Source of the DNA: Trypanosoma brucei
Taxonomy: Eukaryota
DNA length: 64,000 nucleotides
Assembly: GCA_000002445.1 (NCBI GenBank)
Contig: CP000069.1
Span: 1,216,001 to 1,280,000, forward strand
Reading direction: 5' to 3'
Made by a program: the position numbers and the translations under genes. Each line of letters starts with the position of its first letter. Within the stretch, counting starts at the first letter, position 1. The notes under the pieces are model-generated. The model was not told the origin of the DNA. It did no database searches and was given only the letters and a program-made list of their open reading frames with translations. Below are positions 24,697 to 35,686 of this stretch, one piece after another.

Positions 24697-25809
24697 TCAT
24701 TCCTTCGCTCCAGAAGCTGCGGAAGTCCCTACAGTGCCAACCGCACGTTTTACATAGTTTACCTTCAGAACCCAGTGACCCGGTGTATACTCGTTCACTG
24801 TACGGTGATGCGCTTCATAGTTCGGATAATACTCGGGTTCCACACCAATCGTTCCCCCACTATGGTAAGACTTCCCCACAGCACTATCAGGGTCAATAAA
24901 TACAATCACAGAAAACCGTTCAGGGTCGAACACTCTCAATACTCCACAGATACACTTCGAGTAATTAAGAGCACACGTATTCGTCTCATATGATGCAAAC
25001 GAACAGTGCTCCTCAGGTGTTATGTGTATCGTTTGATACTCGCTACCACGTATCGCATTTATGCTGTAGCCACATGGCTCATACTGAAGGTCGTGAAGGA
25101 TCCATGAATCATCTACAACTTCACTGAGCCCCGTTGCCTCCCGTATCACTGCGGTTTCAGGACCCGTAGGCAACATCTTATCCGAGTACCAGTGTTTCGT
25201 TTGATTGCGATCAAGCCCATACATGGTCATGCTGAGTTGTGCATCGTCACTGCAGCTGGGTTGAACAACATCACTGTGGAAATACAAGAAGTAGTGGTCG
25301 CTGTCAATCGGACCAAATATGAATGGTTGTCCCGACGGAAAATGGGACCTAAGTGTCTTAAATTCTTCCGCCATCGAAAGATGCGGTCCCTTCTGCTCCC
25401 ACGGGAAACTGTAGTTTTTGTGCATGAAGGAAACCCATTCTACTTCGCCGCAAACAGTACTCACCGCCTCGCATATGAGCGGCACGCAATTCAAAAGAGT
25501 GATGGTACCACAAGTTATGAGAATCACGCGATCTTTCATTACAAACAATGAGCTCTCCGATAACACGTAGGAGCGAATGTATTCATTAAACTCACGGGAA
25601 ACAATGTGTGCACATATAGCATCAATAACTTTTTGCCACACATCGTCATCGTGTGCAAGTAAACCACTAACGTGCGTCCCGTCCACCACCCGCATTATCA
25701 CCTCCAAGCGCTTCTCAGGCCCTTCGAAGCTTCGCTCGTGCTTTGGGTCAAAACGAGCGATGGAACCCCACATCGCCATGAGCGAAAGAGAGTCCTTGCA
25801 AGAGGACAT
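24697..25809 (-). CDS. AdoMetDC: S-adenosylmethionine decarboxylase proenzyme (370 aa), copy A
   Basis: Proenzyme signature FEGPEKRLEV and the autoprocessing site YVLSESSLFV (the Ser that becomes pyruvoyl) are both present. The length matches trypanosomatid AdoMetDC. Confidence 0.92.
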   Translation of the reverse strand: MSSCKDSLSLMAMWGSIARFDPKHERSFEGPEKRLEVIMRVVDGTHVSGLLAHDDDVWQKVIDAICAHIVSREFNEYIRSYVLSESSLFVMKDRVILITCGTITLLNCVPLICEAVSTVCGEVEWVSFMHKNYSFPWEQKGPHLSMAEEFKTLRSHFPSGQPFIFGPIDSDHYFLYFHSDVVQPSCSDDAQLSMTMYGLDRNQTKHWYSDKMLPTGPETAVIREATGLSEVVDDSWILHDLQYEPCGYSINAIRGSEYQTIHITPEEHCSFASYETNTCALNYSKCICGVLRVFDPERFSVIVFIDPDSAVGKSYHSGGTIGVEPEYYPNYEAHHRTVNEYTPGHWVLKVNYVKRAVGTVGTSAASGAKE

Positions 25810-27220
25810 GACTAGTACTTCAGTCAGTGTGCGGTCAAATATAGCACCTTACGGATTAAATAACCAAACCAGACACGCACACACGCAGGCCCACAAAGGA
25901 ATGGTGCGCTTCCTAAGAGTGCAAGCTCAACAAACAATGTACTTTTTGTGCTCGAGGATACGCGTACAAACTCCACAGAAAAAGGTCAAAAATCCGAAAC
26001 GAGGGAAATAAAATATGAATAAGATAGAATAGGGAGAAGAGAAAAGAAAGAGAAGGGAAAGGGCAGGTATTAGTGGTGCCTACATCACAAGTGCGAGTCG
26101 ACAAAAAGGCATTTATGGAAACTTGACACACGGAGGTTGTGAAGCTCAACCAAAAATGAAGCCAAGAGAATTAATCTCTTTTGCGTCTTCCTTTAACCCT
26201 TTTGAGTTAGACTTCGCCACACAGGAGAAACCCCAGGTGATACTAATTTGGGGAGGAACGTATACATATACACATATATATTGATATGTGTAGGTATGTA
26301 TACAAATATGTCTTCCTCTCCCGTCACCTCAGCTGATTATTATCCTTCACTCTCCCTTCTTTTCTCCTCTTCTATCCCTTTCAAATAGAATCAGAATGTT
26401 GGCGTTGAAACAACATGCAGAAATGTGGAAAGATGGAAGAAACAAATGACCCATAGTCATGGGCTCCCGCCATACGCAAATACCTGGAAAGTGGGTAAGA
26501 TAAACTGAGAACATATGAAAAACAAACCGACAAAGGCAAAGGCAAAGGCGTGAGCAACTTGTTCGCTTGGAGAAATAAAATATGGCAACAACAGCAACAT
26601 CACAAAACTGAGAGGAGCAGAAACATGCTGGTAGTTCCTCACATTATCATGCGCTCTCAACGAAAGAAAAAAGGATAAATAAACGAACATGTGACCTCCC
26701 ACCTTATTGACCACAAAAGTGTAAACTTCAAAATCATGTATGGAGGTCACATTTACTCTCAATCAGTTACCGTAAATCACACGCAAGTAAAAGTAACCTC
26801 AAATCCTCATTCTCATATGTCTCAATCACCCCTCACATCACCATCAGTCTCTGGTTTCCAGACTCGTATGTTACGCATATCTATCCTTAAAACACACAGA
26901 CTCAGGTACATGTATTTGGCAGCGTCACCCCTCCGATATTGTATCACCTTCTCCCTTCCGATCGGCATCATTTCTCTTCTTCTAAAACGTTACTTGATTC
27001 TTTTCCTTCCAGTGCTATACCTCATAACACATGTTAATGCAGCATTTCTCCAAGCGCGTACGAGGAGATACAGTGGCTTACTTACTCTTGTAGTCAAGAA
27101 ATGTCCCACACTTAGTCACTATTATATGCTCAAGGTTGTTTGTAAACAAACGAAAATCGAGGAATGTGTGAATCGCACACGTTTTGCGCTCACATAAAGC
27201 AACAAAACACACCGCGTTCT

Positions 27221-28279
27221 TCAGTCCGCCTGCCCAGAAGCCACGCGTGTTGTACCCCCTGTCTCGTCAGTATCAACACTATCACACTCTCCAAAAACTG
27301 TGTTACTGCTCATGCTTATATGAGCATTAGTCCGTCGCTCCCTTCTGCTGACCGTGCGACGAGTGGGAAGTACATCAAATGCCGTACTCCAGTCACCACA
27401 CTCAGTATACCGGCACAACACATCCACAACGTGATTTACAGTCAGCACCTTGCAGATGTTACCCACCTTAATGGACTCGTCAATTGGTAACCGTGCCATA
27501 CGCACACCGTACCGTATTGCGGCATCCCTTGTCAGAAACTTCCTTGCGTTATGGTCGACAAAGGCTCCAACAATGTACACCGTCCCCTGTTCAATCCGCT
27601 CAAGCACAACTTCCGCATCCGCCGTCAGAAAAACTACGCGCTGAAGGTCATAGAGACTCGACCAGTGGTTCTCATGCACGGGTAAAGGGTAACGTGAAAA
27701 CCCGTTAAAGGTGCAAAGGGACTGCAAGACATCGCTATGTGCGCACGCCATCTCCCCATCGGCACTGCCACCAATAGAAGTGATGACGGGGCGCAAGGGG
27801 AAGGCATGACGACGCAAGGCACTGTAACTGAGCTTCACCTGCGACACAGTGCTGCGACAGTCACTAGCATTCATGCACCACGCGAAACTTAAGTCAAAAA
27901 CTAGAACCGGTAGCTTGGCGTCAGCAAGGTGCTCCTGGCACAGCTGCTGCAAACGCATCTCCGCGCCACGCCTTTTTTCGTGTACCGCAATCGCCTCTGC
28001 CCGACGTCGCTCACGCTCACTCTGGCTCAGCGCCTCCCATTCCTTTTGTTGCATCTCCCGCCGTTCCGCTGCCGCTGCTTTTTTCCGTTGCCGCTGCTTT
28101 TCCTTCTTCTCCCGCCAATACGCCGCCTGCTCCTCAGCGGTCCACACTCGTCCCCGCTTGCGCCTTTCGTGCTGCTCTATATGTGTATCGAGTTCGCATG
28201 GCACAGTAATGGAGGGCTCTTCTTCCCTGACGTTTGTTGATGTTATCCGGCCCGCTGCCGTTGTCCGTTCATCATCCAT
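27221..28279 (-). CDS. tRNA (guanine/adenine-9-N1)-methyltransferase TRM10-like (SPOUT family) with basic/coiled N-terminal extension
   Basis: The C-terminal region VVFLTADAEVVLERIEQGTVYIVGAFVDHN...RMARLPIDE fits the TRM10 SPOUT core (YLT.DS...L.......YIIGGLVDH). The N-terminus is K/R/E-rich, as in Trm10 tRNA-binding extensions. Confidence 0.6.
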   Translation of the reverse strand: MDDERTTAAGRITSTNVREEEPSITVPCELDTHIEQHERRKRGRVWTAEEQAAYWREKKEKQRQRKKAAAAERREMQQKEWEALSQSERERRRAEAIAVHEKRRGAEMRLQQLCQEHLADAKLPVLVFDLSFAWCMNASDCRSTVSQVKLSYSALRRHAFPLRPVITSIGGSADGEMACAHSDVLQSLCTFNGFSRYPLPVHENHWSSLYDLQRVVFLTADAEVVLERIEQGTVYIVGAFVDHNARKFLTRDAAIRYGVRMARLPIDESIKVGNICKVLTVNHVVDVLCRYTECGDWSTAFDVLPTRRTVSRRERRTNAHISMSSNTVFGECDSVDTDETGGTTRVASGQAD

Positions 28280-28621
28280 GATATGGAAATGCTAGAACTT
28301 TGTGCGAACAAAGTTTATCGTTTGCGAACCATGCACAAACGTATACGTTGAGACAAAATGTGTCCCCTTACATAAACACTGCCATGAGCAAAGAGGTGAA
28401 TGTATACGGGAAAAAAGAGCGTTTAGACACAAAATTGTAAAGAAAAAATACATGAGTGACGAACGAACTGTGTATGTTAGTCAACATATTTGTACGCAAT
28501 TCCTGACTGCAACAAAAGTAAAACATAAGAAACGATGCTTCCTGCGGCCACATAAACAGCGGCAGAAAATACGAAACGTAGATGGGTGCAAAGCCCACAA
28601 ACCAAAGGACAAAAGAAATAA

Positions 28622-29629
28622 CTAAGTCGATACATAAACAAGATTATGCCGAACGGGTTTAGCACCCACGACGTGCACACCCTGATCCGAAGGCTGCGTG
28701 ATCACCACCCGACCTTCCACACCCACCGCACACGCAGCATCAATCATGGCCAATGCGACGCGCTCCGCGACCCGCTCTTCCTTAGGCTGAGTCAGAACCT
28801 CCCCATGCCGACCACCAACGAGAGCGCACACAGTTGGCCCCGCACCAGAAAGAAACGCATAAGCGGCACCGGCTTCCTTTGCGGCATTCACACAGGGACG
28901 AAAGTGTGGAAAGAGAGCATCACCACGTTGTCCCTCATGTATCTTATCACCACACGACCGCAAAGTTCGAAGGTCACCCGTGCTTAGTGCAAGAACAAGG
29001 ATAGAGGCGCAGGAAATATTATACACAGCGTCCTCCAGGGGCACAAAATCGGGAATGAGTCCGCGTGTAACGTGCGTGTTTTCCTTCATCTTTTCACGTG
29101 GAATGAAGAGCACGACAGAGAGGGCGAATGGAGTGGGGACACGAGTGGTAAGCACGCGGCCTCCGTGTTCCTTGTAGCAGAGCTGAATTCCACCGTACAG
29201 CGCTGGAGCCGCGTTGTCAGGATGCCCTTCGAACTTCGCAATGGCCTGAAGCAATTCCTCCTCGCTCCCCGTCGCCATTGTGTGGCCGCAGAGTTGCAAC
29301 CCCGCGACAAACCCAGCAACAGCGGCAGCCGAAGAGGAACCACAACCACAACCATATGGAATATCGCTCCTCATGATGAACCTGAGAGTGGGCATTTTCT
29401 TGTTGCCGTACTCAAAGGCAAGGCAGCAAGCCCTCACAACCATGTTTTGCTCGTCTCGTTGGATTTCTTCACAACCCTCCCCCTCGACACTCATGGAGAA
29501 CGCATCTGAATGTTCCACCGTAAGCTCAGCGAAAATTGATAGTGCCATGCCAATTGAATCGTAAGCAGGACCCATGTTGGCTGTCGTCGCAGGGACACGT
29601 ACAACAACCTTCCTTGGAAGGACACACAT
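28622..29629 (-). CDS. thrB: homoserine kinase (GHMP kinase family)
   Basis: The N-terminal VRVPATTANMGPAYD matches the homoserine-kinase hallmark VPATSANLGPGFD. The GHMP ATP-binding loop PYGCGCGSSSAAAVAG is present. Confidence 0.85.
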   Translation of the reverse strand: MCVLPRKVVVRVPATTANMGPAYDSIGMALSIFAELTVEHSDAFSMSVEGEGCEEIQRDEQNMVVRACCLAFEYGNKKMPTLRFIMRSDIPYGCGCGSSSAAAVAGFVAGLQLCGHTMATGSEEELLQAIAKFEGHPDNAAPALYGGIQLCYKEHGGRVLTTRVPTPFALSVVLFIPREKMKENTHVTRGLIPDFVPLEDAVYNISCASILVLALSTGDLRTLRSCGDKIHEGQRGDALFPHFRPCVNAAKEAGAAYAFLSGAGPTVCALVGGRHGEVLTQPKEERVAERVALAMIDAACAVGVEGRVVITQPSDQGVHVVGAKPVRHNLVYVST

Positions 29630-31038
29630 CCGCTAAAATCACCCAGTTAGCGTGCTCAGTGCTAGTGTTATCACTGCTGCAACTGTACTAAGTGAGGTGC
29701 GGCCTACAAACTGAAACTTTCGATGCCCACCTCCAGACAGCCCCTCTCACTCCTTTTTTCTTCGGTTTGATTGCACCGGTCCCAACGGCAAGATGCTCCG
29801 CAGGAACTCCAAGCTTTTCCGCCCGACAGAAGAACAATGGTAAGTGCTAATTAGCTGTTACTCGTACCGCCTCCTTTTCTTTACTGATAAAAATAAACGA
29901 AGGAGAAATAGGACAAAGCGAAAACAGAAAAGAGAAACATTATGGCTCCTAAGACACGAAGCGCTCTACTTGGCACTGCACCTCAAGAGTCCTTCTTCCC
30001 AAAGAAAAACAAAATCAACATTGCGTTTTGCTTTCGACGAAAGAGGATAGTCGTCCGCCCACTGATCTCAATCCACCAGCGATGTTTTCTCTCGCACCCT
30101 CTTTGTTATTTTTCCTTTTTCTTTGCTTTGGTTAGTCTCCTTTGTTACTTAAATAACGGGCTGGAAAGGGCGTGATACCACGAGGGGACATGTGTTAAAA
30201 ATTGAGAGCTAAGTAGCCCATTCATGCATCGTTTCCTCAAGGTATTTCATCCCCACTCTCACAATGGTGCCTTTCTTTTTTCACCTGCACTCTACAGTTT
30301 CCCGTGGCAGATGATACATAACTTATGCACAAAGGAGCCTCCACTCACTCTTTTTTCTTTCGCCTTTCAACTTCACACAACGTGCCGATTGGAAGAAAGG
30401 GAGGAACACGAAGGGAAAACACGCCATATCAACCTTTACTCAGTGGGAGAACCACGCGTCTGCTTTCCGCGCTCTAGTGACTCAATCTAAAGCATACATG
30501 GCCCTTCCCTCCTTGCCGCCGATTAATTCCTCAACATTTTTATTGCTGCTCCCACTGGTTGTACACCTACGCGAGGCTATGTTCCCCCATTCCCCTCCCT
30601 TTCTGCGGCTTGATGACTTACACAGGAAACACGAGTGAAATTTAAAAAGGTGGAAAAAATAAGTTGGAGGAGACAATGGCCCACCCCTTGATATCACCTC
30701 TTCCCCCCTGGTTATAGTTTATACTCGAAAACAAAAATAATAATAATAAAAAACGAAATCGAAAATTGAGCAAAGGGGGAAGGTTTCCAGAAAAAGGAAT
30801 AAAAGAAAAAAACAAAAACGTTGCCGGTTACTCTTTCTTTCATTCTGATTTCTCTTCTTCATCCACTCCCGCCTTCCACTCCTCCATCTTTCGCCACTTC
30901 GTATGCACCCTTCCCCTCCATAACCATCTCTGACCCTGCCTTTCCCCTACCGAAGCTGTGAACACCAGGCAATCGACCGAAGCGTCAGACAAACGACACT
31001 CACCCAAAGGGTTCAAACATCCAAGTTCATTGAAGGGT

Positions 31039-32097
31039 TCAGCTGCGCTGCTTCTGACGGAAAACGTTAACGGTCGTTTGACTAGCACCGACAACAAACG
31101 GGGCCGCTTTGATGGAGTCCATCACGCTGTCTTCACCGGGCGAAAAGTCGAAGAACACGTACCCCTTGGCGGAGTTGTTACGGAGCGACACAATGCGTGC
31201 AGCAAGAGGGCCGAGTGCGGTGAGAATTTCCTCATCGGTGACTGCGTGATCGATACTGAACATCAGCCGTTCCCCAACGGGCTCCGAAGGAGCACGCGGA
31301 GCCTTTGCGGCACGCTTTGGGGAAACTTGCTTCCGCGAGTCGGACTGAGGGGCCTGCTTCGTGGGGGGTGAAGCGGGCTTGGGAGCCACCTTGTTTGCAG
31401 TACTCTCATTGGCAACCACCTTGATGGAGGGCCTCTGTTCCCCCTTTGTCGCGATGCTCGCGAGGCTGGCCCATGTCTTGGGTCCCGTTGGTGCGTCCAC
31501 AGCTGCCTCCGTCACCGCCGGAGCGGCGGTTGAAGGAGAAACACGGCCTTTTCCATCAGGTTTCTTATTTGGGGCACGCCGACTGTCCTCCTTCTTCTCC
31601 TCAACAGGGGTTCCAGTTGTCTCTGGCTCCGGCAGCGGTTCCTCCTCCTCTACCTTACCCTCAGGCTCATTCTTTCCCTCTGCGCAGCTCGGCTCCTTCT
31701 CCACAGCACCAGTCCGGGTGACGATCTGATTGCGAATGTAGAAGGACGATGGTCCATAGTCTCCGGCGGGGTACTCCTCCAGGTTAGTCACAAACTGGAA
31801 GAAGTGACGGACGGAAGCTGATTCCGCAACCAGCGTCAAGTGGATACATACACCGCTGTGAAACGGTAAGACGGAGACGTCCCCTACCGTCAGTTGGCAG
31901 TTTTGGATTATGTTTGCCCACTGCACGAGAGCAGGAGCAATGTCCGCACCGTATACCTTCTTTGTTCCACACTCAAAGTCTACGAGCATAAGTGCTGACT
32001 CTGAACCATACATACCCGCAAGATTTTCAGGAGCCGTAGCAAGCTCCTCGAAAAATGCAGGTGCAAACTTGTACGCTACCTCAGTTGGCGTTGGCAT
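31039..32097 (-). CDS. NTF2-domain + RRM RNA-binding protein (G3BP-like architecture)
   Basis: The N-terminal ~120 aa are NTF2-like (FAPAFFEEL...YGPSSFYIRNQIV). A low-complexity P/A/K/E linker follows. The C-terminal RRM carries an RNP motif KGYVFFDF. Confidence 0.65.
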   Translation of the reverse strand: MPTPTEVAYKFAPAFFEELATAPENLAGMYGSESALMLVDFECGTKKVYGADIAPALVQWANIIQNCQLTVGDVSVLPFHSGVCIHLTLVAESASVRHFFQFVTNLEEYPAGDYGPSSFYIRNQIVTRTGAVEKEPSCAEGKNEPEGKVEEEEPLPEPETTGTPVEEKKEDSRRAPNKKPDGKGRVSPSTAAPAVTEAAVDAPTGPKTWASLASIATKGEQRPSIKVVANESTANKVAPKPASPPTKQAPQSDSRKQVSPKRAAKAPRAPSEPVGERLMFSIDHAVTDEEILTALGPLAARIVSLRNNSAKGYVFFDFSPGEDSVMDSIKAAPFVVGASQTTVNVFRQKQRS

Positions 32098-32295
32098 AGC
32101 GAAAAAGCTTTCACTAGATAATGTAACTAAAACCTACCTTCCACAACACATGTAAAGAAAAAAAATTAAAAAAAATAAAAATAGCACTCCAGAGATTAAA
32201 TACACAAACTTTACACCTTTGAAAAGTGAACGGGGGAAAAGAAAAGAAAAGAGGGATGGACAACAACCTCGCTACGTTCAATGAAGTCAAGAAGC

Positions 32296-34107
32296 CTAAC
32301 CTGTAGAACCGCTTGTTGATACTCCCTTCAAGTCGTCACAGGGAATGTCCCATTTCCTAAACGATGCTATGCACAACGAAAGACAACGAGGGTCAACAGG
32401 GGACTGTGTTGCGCGAAGCACCGCAACAAGTTGCCGTACACTCCCAATGTCGACAACGAGACAAAGCATCTTGAAAAGACGAACAGATAATCTGCTTTCG
32501 ATAGAAACGCTTCTCTGCCTGTGGTACTCAACCAACATCATCGCGGTTGAAACATCCTGAGCATCAACTGCCAACTCAAGGCCACCACGAAGAAATTCCG
32601 CTGTCACTTCAACACCCAAATCTACCATGTCCTCCAGAAATGTTGGTATCTTCTTCACAGCGCTTACAGCATTGGGGGAGGTTGACAGTAGTAAAGTAAA
32701 CGTGCGTGCTGTCTCTCGCACAGCAACGTTTCGGAAAGTAAATAAGACCAGTGATGCCTTCTGTTCGTCTTTCATTAATGCACACGCTTCAAGCACAACA
32801 TTAAGTGTTTTATGACTCACATTCCCACCCGCAGCTTTGCGCTCCTCCAACAACAACAACGACTCCTCAACCCTGGAGTCCACTTCCGCAATAAAACGCA
32901 CAAGCGACATAACTGGATGTGCGTTAAGTAAAGTCAACCGCCTCGTCTCTAAGAAGAGTTTGGGTCTCGAACCTGGGATGGAGTCAGATTCCGGAATCTC
33001 ATCCTCTAATAAATACAACGCCTCCTTCAGTAACCCGGCCCGCACTAACGTCTCCAGGTGAAGGAGCGCCAGTGCAAACTTGTGCTGAGGAGGAATAATG
33101 CATGGATGAGCGCGAAGATACTTCAATACGTAATCAGCAGAAGCCACATCGCCCCATTTGGCACATTTCGCCATAAGTTTCAATGCAGTAACATCATTAT
33201 TCAGCACAGGTCCACCCTTTGCTTCCTGAAGGATCGAAGAACTTTCCTCAAAGGCATTGACACCGATATCGGCGCTGGCTTCGGCAACCTCCTGCTCGGA
33301 AGCGCCTTCCGCTGCTGCAATCAACTGGACAGCAATTGAGGGTGGTGACGCCACATTATTTGTGCTGAGCAACATATAGGGAAGAAGCAAGCGGGGAGAC
33401 ATTTTCTCACGGTCCGCAAGCCGCAGTAACTCAAAACATTCCTGAACCATAGTGACGTCGTGGTGGACACGGAGGAGAGTTTGAAAGCAATGTTGAAGGC
33501 GTATTGACAATAAGGGAAACTTTTGCTGCCAGTTCTTCCCCGATGTGATGATGCTCTTAGTATCCTCATGAATGGAAGGCCACCAGGAGGAATAGTCCTC
33601 TCCGAGTCGCGTGTATACGATGAAGAGAGAAATCTTCGTTACTACATCAGGTTCAGCACCTTTCATACGCATTGCCTCTATGGCGTTTTCAACCTCATAC
33701 TGATTGAAGGTATCACTAAGGGAAATGGCCAACAGGTATACGTTAAACAGTTCCACAGATGGGGAAGAAAGTTCCAACATGCACTGAGCAAATAAAAAGC
33801 GCAGTTCCTCAAGCTTATGAAGATCGCAAAGTATCTTCATCATGACAACCGCAAAAGGTTCTGTATCATCAAAAGAACCACAAAAACTCTGGAGCGGCTT
33901 CATATCCACCGTTGCTATGGAAGTGCCGGAGGTAACTTGTCGGTAATATGTACGAAACTCTTCAAAAACATGCCATGCGGCTGGTGGGCCCTCTCCATCC
34001 GACTGCAGCATCCTCAGAACTCGAATGTACGGATTGTCACCTGTGGAAAAAGTCAAAGAAGCACAGCTGGAAGCAGTCTTCCTAAGCACATTGAGGCGCC
34101 GAATCAT
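32296..34107 (-). CDS. helical-repeat protein, PPR/TPR-like (603 aa), copy B
   Basis: Protein identical to 22419..24230. Confidence 0.6.
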   Translation of the reverse strand: MIRRLNVLRKTASSCASLTFSTGDNPYIRVLRMLQSDGEGPPAAWHVFEEFRTYYRQVTSGTSIATVDMKPLQSFCGSFDDTEPFAVVMMKILCDLHKLEELRFLFAQCMLELSSPSVELFNVYLLAISLSDTFNQYEVENAIEAMRMKGAEPDVVTKISLFIVYTRLGEDYSSWWPSIHEDTKSIITSGKNWQQKFPLLSIRLQHCFQTLLRVHHDVTMVQECFELLRLADREKMSPRLLLPYMLLSTNNVASPPSIAVQLIAAAEGASEQEVAEASADIGVNAFEESSSILQEAKGGPVLNNDVTALKLMAKCAKWGDVASADYVLKYLRAHPCIIPPQHKFALALLHLETLVRAGLLKEALYLLEDEIPESDSIPGSRPKLFLETRRLTLLNAHPVMSLVRFIAEVDSRVEESLLLLEERKAAGGNVSHKTLNVVLEACALMKDEQKASLVLFTFRNVAVRETARTFTLLLSTSPNAVSAVKKIPTFLEDMVDLGVEVTAEFLRGGLELAVDAQDVSTAMMLVEYHRQRSVSIESRLSVRLFKMLCLVVDIGSVRQLVAVLRATQSPVDPRCLSLCIASFRKWDIPCDDLKGVSTSGSTG

Positions 34108-34573
34108 TGGTATCAGCTCCCCTGCACTCTCACATCCTTACGTGCCGTGGGATATAACATTATTATTATGGGACCAAAAGAAGGCAGTTAACCGTCAACC
34201 ATCGGAAAATACAAAAAGTATAGATGAAAAGGTGTGTTAAAACGAGAAAGATGAAATGGGATAGGGTCTCTAAATAAAATAAGAGAAGTAAGATGAAGAA
34301 GATAACCAGAAACAGAACCACTCCAACGCCAAACACGGATGCAACAACGCTAAACACAAGAGAAAGGAAGGGGAATCGTGTCGCCACTTTAACAACCTTC
34401 CAACGTGCGGGATATAATAAACTTAATTATCATGATATTAATTTGTTAACTTAAACCGACTGATAGCAGCTAGATGGCGAATGAAAAAGACATTAGCAGG
34501 GGGAAAATCTGCCTGCGCATATAAAGACTACTTCGAAGACAAGAAACCAACCAAAAGCACAGGGCTGCTCCGT

Positions 34574-35686
34574 TCATTCCTTCGCTCCAGAAGCTGCGGA
34601 AGTCCCTACAGTGCCAACCGCACGTTTTACATAGTTTACCTTCAGAACCCAGTGACCCGGTGTATACTCGTTCACTGTACGGTGATGCGCTTCATAGTTC
34701 GGATAATACTCGGGTTCCACACCAATCGTTCCCCCACTATGGTAAGACTTCCCCACAGCACTATCAGGGTCAATAAATACAATCACAGAAAACCGTTCAG
34801 GGTCGAACACTCTCAATACTCCACAGATACACTTCGAGTAATTAAGAGCACACGTATTCGTCTCATATGATGCAAACGAACAGTGCTCCTCAGGTGTTAT
34901 GTGTATCGTTTGATACTCGCTACCACGTATCGCATTTATGCTGTAGCCACATGGCTCATACTGAAGGTCGTGAAGGATCCATGAATCATCTACAACTTCA
35001 CTGAGCCCCGTTGCCTCCCGTATCACTGCGGTTTCAGGACCCGTAGGCAACATCTTATCCGAGTACCAGTGTTTCGTTTGATTGCGATCAAGCCCATACA
35101 TGGTCATGCTGAGTTGTGCATCGTCACTGCAGCTGGGTTGAACAACATCACTGTGGAAATACAAGAAGTAGTGGTCGCTGTCAATCGGACCAAATATGAA
35201 TGGTTGTCCCGACGGAAAATGGGACCTAAGTGTCTTAAATTCTTCCGCCATCGAAAGATGCGGTCCCTTCTGCTCCCACGGGAAACTGTAGTTTTTGTGC
35301 ATGAAGGAAACCCATTCTACTTCGCCGCAAACAGTACTCACCGCCTCGCATATGAGCGGCACGCAATTCAAAAGAGTGATGGTACCACAAGTTATGAGAA
35401 TCACGCGATCTTTCATTACAAACAATGAGCTCTCCGATAACACGTAGGAGCGAATGTATTCATTAAACTCACGGGAAACAATGTGTGCACATATAGCATC
35501 AATAACTTTTTGCCACACATCGTCATCGTGTGCAAGTAAACCACTAACGTGCGTCCCGTCCACCACCCGCATTATCACCTCCAAGCGCTTCTCAGGCCCT
35601 TCGAAGCTTCGCTCGTGCTTTGGGTCAAAACGAGCGATGGAACCCCACATCGCCATGAGCGAAAGAGAGTCCTTGCAAGAGGACAT
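34574..35686 (-). CDS. AdoMetDC: S-adenosylmethionine decarboxylase proenzyme (370 aa), copy B
   Basis: Protein identical to copy A. Confidence 0.92.
   Translation of the reverse strand: MSSCKDSLSLMAMWGSIARFDPKHERSFEGPEKRLEVIMRVVDGTHVSGLLAHDDDVWQKVIDAICAHIVSREFNEYIRSYVLSESSLFVMKDRVILITCGTITLLNCVPLICEAVSTVCGEVEWVSFMHKNYSFPWEQKGPHLSMAEEFKTLRSHFPSGQPFIFGPIDSDHYFLYFHSDVVQPSCSDDAQLSMTMYGLDRNQTKHWYSDKMLPTGPETAVIREATGLSEVVDDSWILHDLQYEPCGYSINAIRGSEYQTIHITPEEHCSFASYETNTCALNYSKCICGVLRVFDPERFSVIVFIDPDSAVGKSYHSGGTIGVEPEYYPNYEAHHRTVNEYTPGHWVLKVNYVKRAVGTVGTSAASGAKE

Larger units (their letters stand above)
22308..27052. repeat. segmental duplication copy A (4.75 kb, carries PPR-like gene + AdoMetDC + ~1.2 kb upstream flank)
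   Basis: Essentially identical to 32185..36929 at a constant offset of 9877. One SNP was seen (26806 c vs 36683 g). The boundaries were read from where the alignment starts and decays. Confidence 0.9.
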
